Shown here piece after piece: positions 17,264-27,775 of a stretch of 64,000 bases of DNA. Every line of letters starts with the position of its first letter. The stretch's first letter is position 1. The stretch covers positions 1 to 64,000 of IMG/VR virus record IMGVR_UViG_3300032020_001000; one strand, given 5' to 3'. This DNA is from a virus. The notes under the pieces are model-generated. The model was given only the letters and a program-made list of their open reading frames with translations. It was not told the origin of the DNA and did no database searches. The position numbers were made by a program, and so were the translations under genes.

Positions 17264-18436
17264 ATGGAGCAGCAAGCAAAAGCGAACGGCGGGCTGGTAG
17301 ATTTCCACGACCTTGAGCCCGGCTTGTACCACGTGGCAACGCCGCGCGATATTGAGGTCGTCATGGAGGAGGTGAACCTGCGCGAGGCCGACCACTTCTG
17401 GATCGACAAAAAACGCCAACAGGTCCGCGGCGAGTGGCAGGATGTGATCCTGGGCCTGCGCACCTCGACCGATGGTCTGCGCATCCAGGCCGAGGCGCTC
17501 GGGGTGCATGTCGTGAGCCGGATCGTCGAGATGAACCAGAAGTACTGCCGCGCCGAGGCCACCGGCTATCGGCTGCGGCCCGATGGATTCCTCGAGATCT
17601 TTCGGTCGACCAAGGAATATGACCTGACGGCCGAGCTGGCCAAGGCGGCCCTGAAAAAAGTGCCGCGCAACAAAGACGAACGGCCGGCGGCGGCGACCTC
17701 GCAAGCGCTCGCGAAAATCGAGACCGAGGCCGGCGCATTGGCGCTGGTCAGCACGCTGCCGCAGACTGCGCAAGTGGAGGTGCTGCAGGCGCGGCTCGAG
17801 GTGCAGGCGCACCGGCTCGGCCTGTGCGAGACCAAGGCCGCCAACCGTGTCCTGCGCTACTACATTGGCAAGGCCGGCGGCATCCTCAAGGCGCAGCCGG
17901 GATTCAAGCAGATGAAGATCGAGCTGCGGCATGCCGTGCTGATGCGCCGGCTCGACCCGGCAGCACTGCGCGCCGTTACCGACTCGCTGTTCGCGGCACA
18001 GGCGCCCGCACCCCAACCCGCCCCACCCACGCCCCGCGCGACCGAAGCCCAACCCGGACCCGAGGTGGAGCGCACCGCCACGAGCGATGGGGGGGAGGCC
18101 ACAGAGGATGCGGAGGTCCTGCGCGAGGAGGCCGCGGGCGAAGCGCAGGCGATGGATGATGAGCAGGAGGATGATGGGGGCGCCAATGATGAGACCGCGG
18201 ATGAGCCCGGGCCATACGAGCAGCCCGAGCGAGTCGATCCGCATACCGGCGAAATGCAGGCCGGCGAAGGCCAGCCAACCCTCGGGGACATCATACCCTG
18301 TGGCGACTGCCAGAGGCCCCTGACGGCCAAGGAGATCGCTTTCTGTCAGAGCGAGCGCGGCCGCGCGGTCTTCGGCGGCGCCAATTGGTGCTATTCCTGC
18401 CAGCCGAAGCACAAGCAGCAAGGAGGAGCGGCATGA
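17264..18436 (+). CDS. Phage protein, possibly for single-strand annealing or recombination
   Basis: Globular N-domain, acidic linker and C-terminal CxxC...CxxC; lies upstream of sbcD/sbcC. Confidence 0.5.
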   Translation: MEQQAKANGGLVDFHDLEPGLYHVATPRDIEVVMEEVNLREADHFWIDKKRQQVRGEWQDVILGLRTSTDGLRIQAEALGVHVVSRIVEMNQKYCRAEATGYRLRPDGFLEIFRSTKEYDLTAELAKAALKKVPRNKDERPAAATSQALAKIETEAGALALVSTLPQTAQVEVLQARLEVQAHRLGLCETKAANRVLRYYIGKAGGILKAQPGFKQMKIELRHAVLMRRLDPAALRAVTDSLFAAQAPAPQPAPPTPRATEAQPGPEVERTATSDGGEATEDAEVLREEAAGEAQAMDDEQEDDGGANDETADEPGPYEQPERVDPHTGEMQAGEGQPTLGDIIPCGDCQRPLTAKEIAFCQSERGRAVFGGANWCYSCQPKHKQQGGAA

Positions 18437-18795
18437 GCGGCGGCCGCGCACTCGAGCAGAACGAGTCCGTAGCCTGCACGGAGTGCGGGTATGTCTGTCG
18501 CGTCATGGTGTGGGATCGGGGCCACGACAGGCTCTGCTATAACTGCATCGAGGCTTACGACCGGCGCGCCAACACTCGCATAGCGAGGCCCAACCCTGAG
18601 CAAACATCACACAAGGGGCTGCCGCCTGTGGGGACTGCGCTCCAGGCGCACTACAAGGGTCAGAGCTACGCAGCTCAGGTGACGGAGCGCGGTGTCGAGT
18701 ATGGCGGTCAGGCATATCGGTCGCTGACCGCCGCAGCGCAGACTATCACGCATGGACCGGTGAGTGGCCCGCGATTCTGGGAGGTACGAGGATGA
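18433..18795 (+). CDS. Zn-finger plus DUF2924/RAMA-like domain protein
   Basis: LPPVGTAL..YKGQSY..YRSLTAAAQTIT..SGPRFW. Confidence 0.65.
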   Translation: MSGGRALEQNESVACTECGYVCRVMVWDRGHDRLCYNCIEAYDRRANTRIARPNPEQTSHKGLPPVGTALQAHYKGQSYAAQVTERGVEYGGQAYRSLTAAAQTITHGPVSGPRFWEVRG

Positions 18796-18988
18796 GTCGG
18801 GTCGCGTGGCGGCAGAACTGCCGACGCTGCCTATTCTGCGATGATGAGATCATGCGGCGGGGGCTCATCCCCGGCGGCTGCCCGCTGGATCACCTCGGCC
18901 GGCCGATCCATCCGAAGCGCGTGAAGCGGTCAATGCCGGTCAACTGGCGATGCTCGAACTTCAGGCCGCGGCAGCCGGAGGCTGCGGT

Positions 18989-19333
18989 ATGAAGTATACG
19001 CACAAGCAGCGCATCCTGGACCTGCTTGCCGACCGCCAATGGCATTCCACGCCAGAGCTTAATGCCATCTGCTGGAGCTTCGGCCAGCGGTTGTGGGATC
19101 TGCGGCGGGAGGGATATGCATTTGAGAAGCGAGTGAAGCAAACGAGGCCGCGCATCGAGGAGTGGAGACTCATTGCAATGCCCTCAGCGATGGCAGAGGA
19201 GTTGGCGCCAGCGCCTATCCCGCAGAGGCGCCGCGCAGTCGTCGCGGCCAGCGGGAGCATGCGCCCGGCCTTGACTATGTGGCCACCGCGAGCGATGAAT
19301 GACGAGGGGCAAGGGGAGCTGCCATGGCCATAG
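18989..19333 (+). CDS. Winged-HTH protein
   Basis: KQRILDLLADRQWHSTPEL..RLWDLRREGY. Confidence 0.6.
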   Translation: MKYTHKQRILDLLADRQWHSTPELNAICWSFGQRLWDLRREGYAFEKRVKQTRPRIEEWRLIAMPSAMAEELAPAPIPQRRRAVVAASGSMRPALTMWPPRAMNDEGQGELPWP

Positions 19334-19566
19334 ACTCTGCAACACCGACGCCGCCCGCCGAGGGCAGCTTCAATAAGTACCTGTTCCACAGCGGCAGCTT
19401 TGTGACCGGAATGGCGCGGGCGATTCAGTGTGCCGATCCAGTGAATCGCGCTAGGTTGCGGCTTGCATTCCCGCAGATGATTGCGGCCATCGAGCACCAT
19501 GATTGGGATGAGGCGCCGCCGGGGTTCGCGCCACGCTACAACGCGGACAAGGATGGTGCAGCATGA
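19324..19566 (+). CDS. Hypothetical phage protein
   Basis: GSFVTGMARAIQCADPVNRARLRLAFP. Confidence 0.6.
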   Translation: MAIDSATPTPPAEGSFNKYLFHSGSFVTGMARAIQCADPVNRARLRLAFPQMIAAIEHHDWDEAPPGFAPRYNADKDGAA

Positions 19567-19967
19567 AGGATTATATCGGCATCCGCAGCCAGGATGCCTG
19601 CCGCGTCTATGTCGAGGAAGACGGCGTGCGGTGGCCGCTCGAACACCTCGTCTGTCATTCGCCGACCGGTCTCGAATGGGGCTATGGCGGGTGCGGTCCG
19701 GCCGACCTGGCGATCTCGCTGATCGCCGACGCCGATCCTGCGCTGGCCTGCCCCGGTCGGGTGCCTCCGGTCGAGCCATCGCTCTATGAATCCTTCAAGC
19801 GCGATGTCGTCTGCTCTCTGCCGCACGACGGCTGGCGCATTAGCGCGGTGGACGTCCGGCGGTGGATCGAATGTGACACGATGCTGGATGCGGATGATGC
19901 CCGGCGGCTGACGATTGTGCAGATCCACCCACTGGTAGCCGAGGGCGGGATGGAGGGTAAGGTATGA
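19563..19967 (+). CDS. DUF6166-like protein
   Basis: HSPTGLEWGYGGCGPADLA. Confidence 0.65.
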   Translation: MKDYIGIRSQDACRVYVEEDGVRWPLEHLVCHSPTGLEWGYGGCGPADLAISLIADADPALACPGRVPPVEPSLYESFKRDVVCSLPHDGWRISAVDVRRWIECDTMLDADDARRLTIVQIHPLVAEGGMEGKV

Positions 19968-21220
19968 AGGTCATCTGTACGGGAGATTGGCATATCGGGG
20001 ACGCCCGAACCTTGCGCGATGCCCAAGGACGCAACCAGCGCCTCATGGACTTTGCGCGATGTGCCCGCTTCGTGATTGAGGACGGGATCGCGCGGGGCGC
20101 CGAACTGATCCTGCACGCTGGCGACATTTGGAATGGCCCACGCCCGACACCGCTAGAGACGCGACTAGCCAAGGACGCATTCGATGTGGCGCTGGCGGCG
20201 GGCGTGCCTGTGCTCGCGATTGTGGGCAACCATGACATGCCGCGCTCGCCGGCGGAATATCATGCGCTCGACCATCTGCGCGACACCCCCGGGCTGACCA
20301 TTGTTGACCGGCCCTGCCTATTAGGGTTTGCGCTTGGTGATGCTGAACCCATGCTGAGCCAAGTGGCGGCCATCGAGGCATGGGAGGGCCCTGCCTTTGG
20401 CGCATTGTCGCTCCAGATCGCTTGCCTGCCTTGGCCCAACAAGTCGCTGCTGCTACAGGATGCCGACGTCCGCAAGCTCGGGCCGGGCGAGGTCAACCTG
20501 CTCGTGCGCGAGCGCATGATGGATGTCGCGCGCGCACTGGCCGGGCAGTTGCGGCCCGACGTGCCCAGCATCCTGCTGGCCCACTGCAGCCTCGATGTGG
20601 CAGCGGCCGGGACGCAGGATCGGCTGATGATGCTCGGTGGCGACTGGACGCTGAATGCCGCGGAGATCGCCGCGCTCGGTTTCACCTACGTCGCCCTCGG
20701 CCACATCCACAAGCCGCAGCAGATCGCAGGCAGTCTCTGGTACAGCGGCAGCCCCGAGGCCTGCACATTCGGCGAGGAGGGCGAGGCCAAGCAGTACCTT
20801 CTCGTGGACATCGCGCCGGACGACCCCGAGGGCATCGAGATCGAGCAAGTCCCCACGCCGTACCGCAACTTCATAACCATCGACGCGGCTGCGGGTTTCA
20901 CGACATGCACTGAGGAGGTCGGCGGCGCCATCGTGCGGCTGCGCCTACCCGAGGCACAAATGAATAACGCGAACACACTGCGCACGGCGCTACTTGGTGC
21001 AGGCGCGCTCGAGGTCAGCATCGAGATCGAGCGTGCCGAGTCGCAGCGGCGGGCAGGCGCGCTGGAGGTCTCGCACGGTATGGAGGTCGAGCCCGCGCTG
21101 CGGGCCTGGATCGCGCAGCGGCCCGACCTGGAGCCGCTTGCCGATGGCCTGGTGGCGGAGGGCCTTGCTATTGATCGCGGTCTGAGCGATCATCCTGAGC
21201 CGCGAGGAGCCGAGGCATGA
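19964..21220 (+). CDS. sbcD: SbcD/Mre11-like metallophosphoesterase nuclease
   Basis: GDWHIG, HAGDI, VGNHD, YVALGHIH and YSGS. Confidence 0.9.
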   Translation: MKVICTGDWHIGDARTLRDAQGRNQRLMDFARCARFVIEDGIARGAELILHAGDIWNGPRPTPLETRLAKDAFDVALAAGVPVLAIVGNHDMPRSPAEYHALDHLRDTPGLTIVDRPCLLGFALGDAEPMLSQVAAIEAWEGPAFGALSLQIACLPWPNKSLLLQDADVRKLGPGEVNLLVRERMMDVARALAGQLRPDVPSILLAHCSLDVAAAGTQDRLMMLGGDWTLNAAEIAALGFTYVALGHIHKPQQIAGSLWYSGSPEACTFGEEGEAKQYLLVDIAPDDPEGIEIEQVPTPYRNFITIDAAAGFTTCTEEVGGAIVRLRLPEAQMNNANTLRTALLGAGALEVSIEIERAESQRRAGALEVSHGMEVEPALRAWIAQRPDLEPLADGLVAEGLAIDRGLSDHPEPRGAEA

Positions 21221-22382
21221 CCGATCTCGAGTTCTTTATGCACCGCGTGCGAGACACCGGCCGTGGTCATAATATCGGCGAGCTACGGAAGGCCATCTAT
21301 CGCATTGCCAGCACCGATGATGCACAGCAGTTTTTCCGTGGTGAGGAGATTGCGAGATCAAACATCGGCTACCTATTGGGATACCTCAACGGCGAAGAGC
21401 GGCGGCGCAAGGCGGCTTTCTGGGTATCGGCCTGTGGTGTAAGGCATCCCATCTTTGGCTCACAAGCTCACCGCCGGAGCGATGATTCCGGCCCGCCCGA
21501 GGTGGGCGGATGAGTTCCTTCCTCGATGATGTGGGTTTGTTGATTGCAGAGACGACACAGTGTGCCGAGTGCGGCACAGACAGGCCGCCGCAGGCGTGGA
21601 CATCAGGCGGCGCGATCCACATCAACTATGGCGGCGGTCGCGGGAAGTGGCTGCGGTTCTGGAATGGGAGCCTGGGATGGGAGGCGCTGCCCGACCCCGA
21701 GGGTCCGCGCGCCTGGTGCCCAGAGTGCAGGCGCAAGCGCGCAGCGCAACTGGACCGGACGCGCCAACGAGCGGTCGCGGAACGAATGCGAAGGGAGAGC
21801 GAGCCACATGGCTGAGCGCACGATTCAGTGTTACATCCAGAGCATCGAGAATACTCTCCTCGAGGTTGGGGGCGCCCTGAACCTTGAGGACTGGAGTGGG
21901 GTCTGCCAGCTTCTGGAGGGCATCGAGGAGGACCTCGAGGCCGCTAGGCTCATCGCCGAGGGCCACGAGGAGGCGGGACAGCGAAAGGAGGGGGAAGGGC
22001 TTGATATTGAGCTGCCTTTGCGCGATGAATCATCACCAGGAGGCGCGGCATGAGCGAACACACGCCCGGGCCGTGGCGCGTCGAACCGGGGCGGGAAACC
22101 CGCGTTGGGGCCGACATTGTGATTGTCTCTCGGAACGGATTGGTCGCAATCGCATGTACCATCCATGAGGGGGCCGTCAACGCCGAGGCCAACGCTCGCC
22201 TGATCGCCGCCGCGCCGGAGATGCTGGCGGCGCTGGAGGCAGCCGAGGCACTGCTCAATGAGCACGAACATTGCCTGCGAGAGGACTGCACAAATCCAGG
22301 ATGCGTAGTTTATCGTCAAGCGAGAGCCGCCATCGCCAAGGCGAGAGGCGGTGCAGAGGACCCAGGAAAGGCAACGGGATGA
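21217..22382 (+). CDS. Four small hypothetical genes (21217-21513, 21510-21815, 21808-22053, 22050-22382)
   Basis: Overlapping stop/start coupling; the last has the common phage HTPGPW...ANARLIAAAP pattern. Confidence 0.55.
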
Positions 22383-24808
22383 GACCGCTTAGTCTGAGGC
22401 TCGACAACTTCCAGAGCTATAGGGGCCCGCACGAGCTTGACCTGCACGGGATCAACCTCGCCATACTGAGCGGCCCCAACGGCGCGGGCAAGTCCTCGAT
22501 CATCGATGCCATACGCTATGCCCTGTGGGGATATGCTCGCGCTGGCGCCGATAGCGTCGTCACCGAGGGCGAGAACGTCGGGCGGGTGGAATTCGAGTTC
22601 GCGCTGGGGGCTGACCACTATCTGGTCAGCCGTCAGCGGAATCGCAAAGGGGGTGGCGGGACAGCGCTGAGTTTCCAGAGCGTCATCGGCGACATCCTCC
22701 CACACGGGCGGCTCAACAACATAGTGCTCGATGGCAAAACGGTCGGGGAGACGCAGGCCAGCATCGAGCATGTCCTGCGCATGACCGATGATCTCTTCAC
22801 CCAGACTGCCTGTGCCAACCAGGGGAATGCTGCCGCCTTCTCCCAGGCCCGGCCCGCCGACCGCAAGCGCGTGCTTGGCGATATCCTCGACCTGGCGGCA
22901 TGGGAGCGCCGGGCCGAGGCCGCGCGGCAGGCATCGCGGGAGGCGCAGGGTCGGATTGATCGGGCGAGCGCCGATATCCAGGCTGCCCAGACTGAGGCCG
23001 CAAAGCAGCCGGACATCGAGGCTCAGATCGCAACCAACGCCGAGCGCATCGCCTATGCCGAGCGCGACCAGCAAGGCATCCAGGCCGACCTAGCCACAGT
23101 GCAGGAGCAGCGGGTCGCCGCGATCGCACTGCGGGATGGCGCAGTGCGCAAGAGCGAGGAACTGCAGGAGGCTCAGGGCCGGTGGCGGCTGATCGAGAGC
23201 CAGGTCAATGACCGTGCTGCGCGGCTGCGGAATCTCCAGCAGGTCACTGCTGACCGCGTCAATGTCGAGCAGGCGCTGGCGCAGGCTATCGCAGCGGCGG
23301 AGCGCGCCGAGGAATTGGCGGACGCGCAGCGCCAGGCCCAAGAGATCGCGCATGAGGAAAAGCTAATTGTCGAACGAGCGGCCACCGCCAAGCGCGAGCA
23401 TGAGGCAGAGATCGCCCGGGTCACCGAGGCACTCAGAGGTATCAAGCGGGACTATTCGCACCAGGTGCAGGCGCTCGATACCGAGGTCGCGCACATCCGG
23501 GAGGTTCATCTCCATCGGGTCGCGCAACTCGACGACCAGCACGAGCGGCTCGCCAGGCAGGCGGAAGTGCTGGACGAGGTGCCGTGCGCCAACCCGGTTG
23601 ACGAGGCCACGCGCCCTTCGTTCTTCGCCATCCGAGACAAATGCCCGCTGATCGCCCAGGCACGCGAAGCCGTGGCGCAGATCGGCGCCGTGTACGCAGA
23701 CCTTACGGCCGCCCGGGCAGCGGCTCCCTGGGCGGAGCGGCAGGCGGAGCTGGACGCCCTCCGCGGCCAGGCGAGCCAGATTGGGGCACCAGAGGCCGCC
23801 AGGCTCGCGCTGCTCGAGCGGGACGACCCACTGGCGCAGATCAGGGCCGACAGCGCCGCCCTGGCCGCCCGGCGCGCAGCGCTGGGCTACGTGGCGGGCA
23901 CTTGGGAAGAGGCTCGTCGCGAGGCGGATAAGCGCCCGGCGCTTGAGATCCGCATGCGCGAGATCGAGGTCGCCGCGGCGCAGGCAGCGGAGCTGCAGGC
24001 TGCGCTGGATGAGGCGCGTCGGGCGGCAGCCGACCTGGGCGAGCGCGTCGCCCAAATCCAGTCGGAGATGCTCGACCCCGCCGCGATCCAGCGCAAGCTG
24101 AGCGATGTTGACGCGGAAATCCATCGCTGCGAGACAGCGCTGGTTGATCTGCGCACGACGATCTCCCGCGCGCAAGCGCAGGCGGGTGCGCTGCACGAAC
24201 GCCTCGAGGCGGCTCGCCGAGATGCCCGGCATGCAGACGAACTGCTGGAACTGCTGGAGACGCTCGAGCGCCGGCGCCAACTGCTCGACCTGCTCGGCAA
24301 CCCCCGTAGCGGCGCATTCTCACGGTCAGGCATCCCCGCACTCCTCATTGACCAGGCCGTGCCCGAGCTCGAGGCCGCGGCCAACGAGGTGCTGCGCGAG
24401 CTGAGCGATGGCCGGATGTCGGTGGCGCTGCACACGCAGCGCGAGACGCAGGCAAAGACTCTCAGCGAAACCCTCGAGATCATCGTCGCCGACGAGCGGG
24501 GAGAGCGGCCGTACGAGACGTTCTCCGGCGGCGAGGCAATGAGGGTTGACCTGGGCCTCCGCATTGGACTCTCGCGGCTGCTGGCAGCACGCGCGGGCGC
24601 GCGCTGCGAGATGCTGGTGATGGATGAGACCGCGGCCCCTCTCGATGCAGATGGCCGGCGCCTGTTCGTGCAGTGCCTGGGCCGGGTGGCGGAGCGCTTC
24701 GCATGCGTGCTGTGTATCAGCCACGTCGAGGAACTGAAGGACTTGTTCCCGGCGCAGATCGCTGTGAGCAAAGGCGATGGCGGCAGCCGCCTGGAGGTGT
24801 TGCGGTGA
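22379..24808 (+). CDS. sbcC: SbcC/Rad50-like SMC ATPase
   Basis: LDNFQSY, GPNGAGKS, long coiled coil, FSGGE, LVMDE and ISH. Confidence 0.92.
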   Translation: MRPLSLRLDNFQSYRGPHELDLHGINLAILSGPNGAGKSSIIDAIRYALWGYARAGADSVVTEGENVGRVEFEFALGADHYLVSRQRNRKGGGGTALSFQSVIGDILPHGRLNNIVLDGKTVGETQASIEHVLRMTDDLFTQTACANQGNAAAFSQARPADRKRVLGDILDLAAWERRAEAARQASREAQGRIDRASADIQAAQTEAAKQPDIEAQIATNAERIAYAERDQQGIQADLATVQEQRVAAIALRDGAVRKSEELQEAQGRWRLIESQVNDRAARLRNLQQVTADRVNVEQALAQAIAAAERAEELADAQRQAQEIAHEEKLIVERAATAKREHEAEIARVTEALRGIKRDYSHQVQALDTEVAHIREVHLHRVAQLDDQHERLARQAEVLDEVPCANPVDEATRPSFFAIRDKCPLIAQAREAVAQIGAVYADLTAARAAAPWAERQAELDALRGQASQIGAPEAARLALLERDDPLAQIRADSAALAARRAALGYVAGTWEEARREADKRPALEIRMREIEVAAAQAAELQAALDEARRAAADLGERVAQIQSEMLDPAAIQRKLSDVDAEIHRCETALVDLRTTISRAQAQAGALHERLEAARRDARHADELLELLETLERRRQLLDLLGNPRSGAFSRSGIPALLIDQAVPELEAAANEVLRELSDGRMSVALHTQRETQAKTLSETLEIIVADERGERPYETFSGGEAMRVDLGLRIGLSRLLAARAGARCEMLVMDETAAPLDADGRRLFVQCLGRVAERFACVLCISHVEELKDLFPAQIAVSKGDGGSRLEVLR

Positions 24809-25019
24809 GGACGATCATTGGCATCGGCGGATGGTGGTTGGCGGGGTGGTGGGTGCTGGACGGCCCACTGATGTGGCGGGTCGTGTGGATGGCGGTGGGA
24901 TTCGCCATCATCCTGTGCATCGGCGGCTGGGAGGAGAATGCGAGCGTGCGCAGACGAGCCGCGCGATCCCTGCGCCGGAATGCGCACAAGGTCCTGGGCC
25001 AGGACATCAGCGTCAAGTT

Positions 25020-25118
25020 GGGCGGCGGGTAGTGTATGCGTTAGCGATTGGCGCATGCCTCCATCGGCGCCGGAAGACGCCGCCGGGCGAATACGGTGCC
25101 GATTGCTGCCCGCCGCCC
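25020..25118 (+). ncRNA. 99-nt structured element, copy 1
   Basis: 13-bp closing stem and two internal hairpins; 94/99 identical to 32969-33067. Confidence 0.55.
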
Positions 25119-25146
25119 GCAATGAAAATCGAGAGGAGCCGACAGC

Positions 25147-25485
25147 ATGAAGATCGACATTAACAAACTGAGTCCCACCGAATTGAGCGACGTGGCCGAG
25201 GCCGCGCGTGAGCGGCTGGGCGCGGTGACCGAGGCGCAGAAGAACCTCGTCATAGCGAGGGAGGGTCTGCGGCGATCCATTGTGGAGAGGGATGGAGCCC
25301 GGGGCGATGTCCGCATCTACCGGGCGGAGATTGCGGAACTGGAGCAGATCATCAGCCCGAAGCGGCGACGCAAGGCGAAGGGGGCGCCGGATGAGGAGTG
25401 CGCCACGACGGTTGAGAGCGATGGCGCTGGCGCGGTTCCTGCGACAGTCGCGCCCAGATCGCGGAAGCAGCGGAGCCAGCCTTAA
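25147..25485 (+). CDS. Coiled-coil protein with a basic tail (paralog of 32462-32746)
   Basis: INKLSPTEL...RAEIAELEQIISPKRRRKA. Confidence 0.65.
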   Translation: MKIDINKLSPTELSDVAEAARERLGAVTEAQKNLVIAREGLRRSIVERDGARGDVRIYRAEIAELEQIISPKRRRKAKGAPDEECATTVESDGAGAVPATVAPRSRKQRSQP

Positions 25486-25558
25486 CAGGGCGGCGGGCGT
25501 GATCTCGCCGCTTGACTTTTCTGCCGACCGGAGTGACAGATAACAGCCCGCGCTGCGG

Positions 25559-25873
25559 ATGAAAGGAGTCGATGGGATGCCAGCATTTATGGGCACGGTC
25601 AAGGGCACGAAGCTTGTCTACGTGGACGAGAAAGAGGAGGGGCAGATCATCAGTACCCATCCCGAGTGTATCGTCGGGCTGATCGCGCAGGACGAGAATC
25701 CACATGAGCTCGCGGACGCTCTCGGCGCGCTGCATGGCCGGCGCGTGCGCGTGCAGATCACGCTGGAGCAGCCGGAGCTCTTCCCGGAGCGCGCCGCCGA
25801 GCAGACGGGAGCGCGGACCGCCGCGGAGATGGCAGAGCATGCAGCAGATCTGGAGCCGATGCAGGAGGAGTAG
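25559..25873 (+). CDS. Hypothetical protein
   Basis: ORF with RBS (alternative start 25577). Confidence 0.55.
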   Translation: MKGVDGMPAFMGTVKGTKLVYVDEKEEGQIISTHPECIVGLIAQDENPHELADALGALHGRRVRVQITLEQPELFPERAAEQTGARTAAEMAEHAADLEPMQEE

Positions 25874-25884
25874 CAGCAACGGCA

Positions 25885-26838
25885 ATGGAGGGCAGCGTGG
25901 CCGGTCGCACGATTTACAGCAGCATCTGGGATGAGCCCTGGTTTCACACATTCACTCCCGACGCCAAGTTGCTGTTCCTCTATTTCGTCACCTCTCCGTT
26001 GGCGAACCCATCGGGAATCTACAGCATATTGCCGGGCCTCATCGCCGCGCACACGGGCTTGCGTGGCGTCCGCCTGGATCGCGCCCTAGATGGCATCACG
26101 GAGCGTTGCTGCTACGACCCCGACGATGGGGTGGTCTGGGTCAAGAACTTCCTGCGCGTCCAGGCCGGCGAAGTCAAGGCCGGATCGAAGTTCCTTATCT
26201 CGGCACTCAACCATGCCCTGCGCGGGCCGAAGCGGTTTTTGCGCGACTTTCTGGAGCACAATCGGGACCTCCTCGGGGGGCTGCCAGCATACCCTACGGA
26301 TACCCTATCGGTAGGGTATCGAGAGGGTATCGATACCCCCAAGAGAGAGGGACTAGTCCCTCCCCCTCTCTCAGGCTCAGGCTCAGTCCCTCCCTCAGGC
26401 TTAGTCACAGACCCAGGCTCAGAGGGAGGGAGGGGAGGCGCGAAACCGCTCCGCGTTTCCGCGCGGTCGCCCGAGCAAATCGCCGCCGACATCGAGGCCA
26501 TCCTCGCAGCCACCGGATTCCGGGATAGTTACCAGGCCCTGGCAGATATACTGGCGGCCGAAAACAAGCGCGGGAAAGTGGCCGCTTCGCGGTTGCTCAC
26601 AACCCTGCTGCAGCCGCTATGGCACGAGGAGCAGCAACGAGCCGGGGATGAGGCTGGTCGCATCGCCTTCGAGTACGGGCTGCAGGCGGCGATACAAGCC
26701 GGCGCCCCAAACGTCAACTACGTCAAGCGCGCGACGGAAGGCGCGCTGAAGCGAGGAACCCGTGCAGAGACTCGGGCGGGTGTTGGAATCCGGCGCAGTG
26801 ATGCCGGCCCCAGGGAGAAGGATTGGCATGAGGTCTGA
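25885..26838 (+). CDS. Phage replication initiator (replisome organizer-like)
   Basis: N-terminal IWDEPWF..KLLFLYFVTSP..SGIY; internal iteron-like repeats; followed by a DnaC-like gene. Confidence 0.7.
   Translation: MEGSVAGRTIYSSIWDEPWFHTFTPDAKLLFLYFVTSPLANPSGIYSILPGLIAAHTGLRGVRLDRALDGITERCCYDPDDGVVWVKNFLRVQAGEVKAGSKFLISALNHALRGPKRFLRDFLEHNRDLLGGLPAYPTDTLSVGYREGIDTPKREGLVPPPLSGSGSVPPSGLVTDPGSEGGRGGAKPLRVSARSPEQIAADIEAILAATGFRDSYQALADILAAENKRGKVAASRLLTTLLQPLWHEEQQRAGDEAGRIAFEYGLQAAIQAGAPNVNYVKRATEGALKRGTRAETRAGVGIRRSDAGPREKDWHEV
26289..26438. repeat. Putative replication-origin iterons
   Basis: ATACCC(T) at 26289, 26300 and 26333; inverted AGGGTAT at 26313 and 26324 (~11-bp spacing); TCAGGC repeats follow. 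Confidence 0.55.
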
Positions 26839-27775
26839 CTTCGTTGCCGCCGATCCGAAATGCCCGGCGTGTGGCGCGTCGGCGAAGCTGGTGCAGGACC
26901 CGGTGCTCGATGAGATCGCGGCATTCCTGGCTTGCGACTGCTATGGGCCAGGCGACTATCCATTGGCCGAGGCGACGCCGCCCCCGCGGCCAGCCAGCGG
27001 GCCTTGCACTGACTGTGGCGCTGCGGAGACGCGGACCTGGGTTGCGGCTATCCGGCGTTGGCGCTATATGCGTGATTGCACGACCGAATGCGCCTGCGCC
27101 GCTTGCGAAGAGCGCAGGGACCGGGAGACACATGCTGCCGCCCAGGCCGAGATGGCCCAGCGACTGGTGGCCATATTGGACTGCGAGCGGCGCCTGCGGG
27201 CGGCCGGCATCCCCCGCGCCTACGGGCGCTGCGAGATCGCCACGTACCAGGCGCTCCCCGAGGTTGCGACAGCGAAGCAGCGGGTGATTGAGTTTGCGGG
27301 GCGTCTGAGTGATCACCTGAACGCCGGCCGCGGCCTCTGGTTCATCGGGCCGACCGGGACCGGCAAAACCCACTTGGCGGTGGCGGTGCTCAAGCTGGCG
27401 ATTGATGCGGGCTGGGGTGGCCTCTACTGCTGGACGCGGGATTACCTGCGTGACTTGCGCGCGTCCTACGACGACCGCCAACTCGACCCGCTGCCCCGCC
27501 TCTTGGGGGCATCTGTTCTGCTGCTCGACGACGTGGGAGAGGCGCGCCTGGACCGCAACCCCGAGTGGGTGCGCGAGGCCCTGATTGATGTACTGGGTCA
27601 CCGCCACATGGACCTGCGGCCAACATTGGTGACCAGCAACCGCAGTCGCCGAGAGCTGCGCGAGGACCTCGACGAGCGGATCACCAGTCGGCTGGCAGAG
27701 ATGTGCGAAGTGGTGGTCCTGGAGGGTCCGGATTATCGGCTGCGCGAGGGCGCGGGAGACAGGAGTGCCGGGTGA
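26828..27775 (+). CDS. DnaC/IstB-like AAA+ helicase loader
   Basis: GPTGTGKTHLA, LLLDDVG, TLVTSN and RITSRL; N-terminal Cys clusters. Confidence 0.9.
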   Translation: MRSDFVAADPKCPACGASAKLVQDPVLDEIAAFLACDCYGPGDYPLAEATPPPRPASGPCTDCGAAETRTWVAAIRRWRYMRDCTTECACAACEERRDRETHAAAQAEMAQRLVAILDCERRLRAAGIPRAYGRCEIATYQALPEVATAKQRVIEFAGRLSDHLNAGRGLWFIGPTGTGKTHLAVAVLKLAIDAGWGGLYCWTRDYLRDLRASYDDRQLDPLPRLLGASVLLLDDVGEARLDRNPEWVREALIDVLGHRHMDLRPTLVTSNRSRRELREDLDERITSRLAEMCEVVVLEGPDYRLREGAGDRSAG

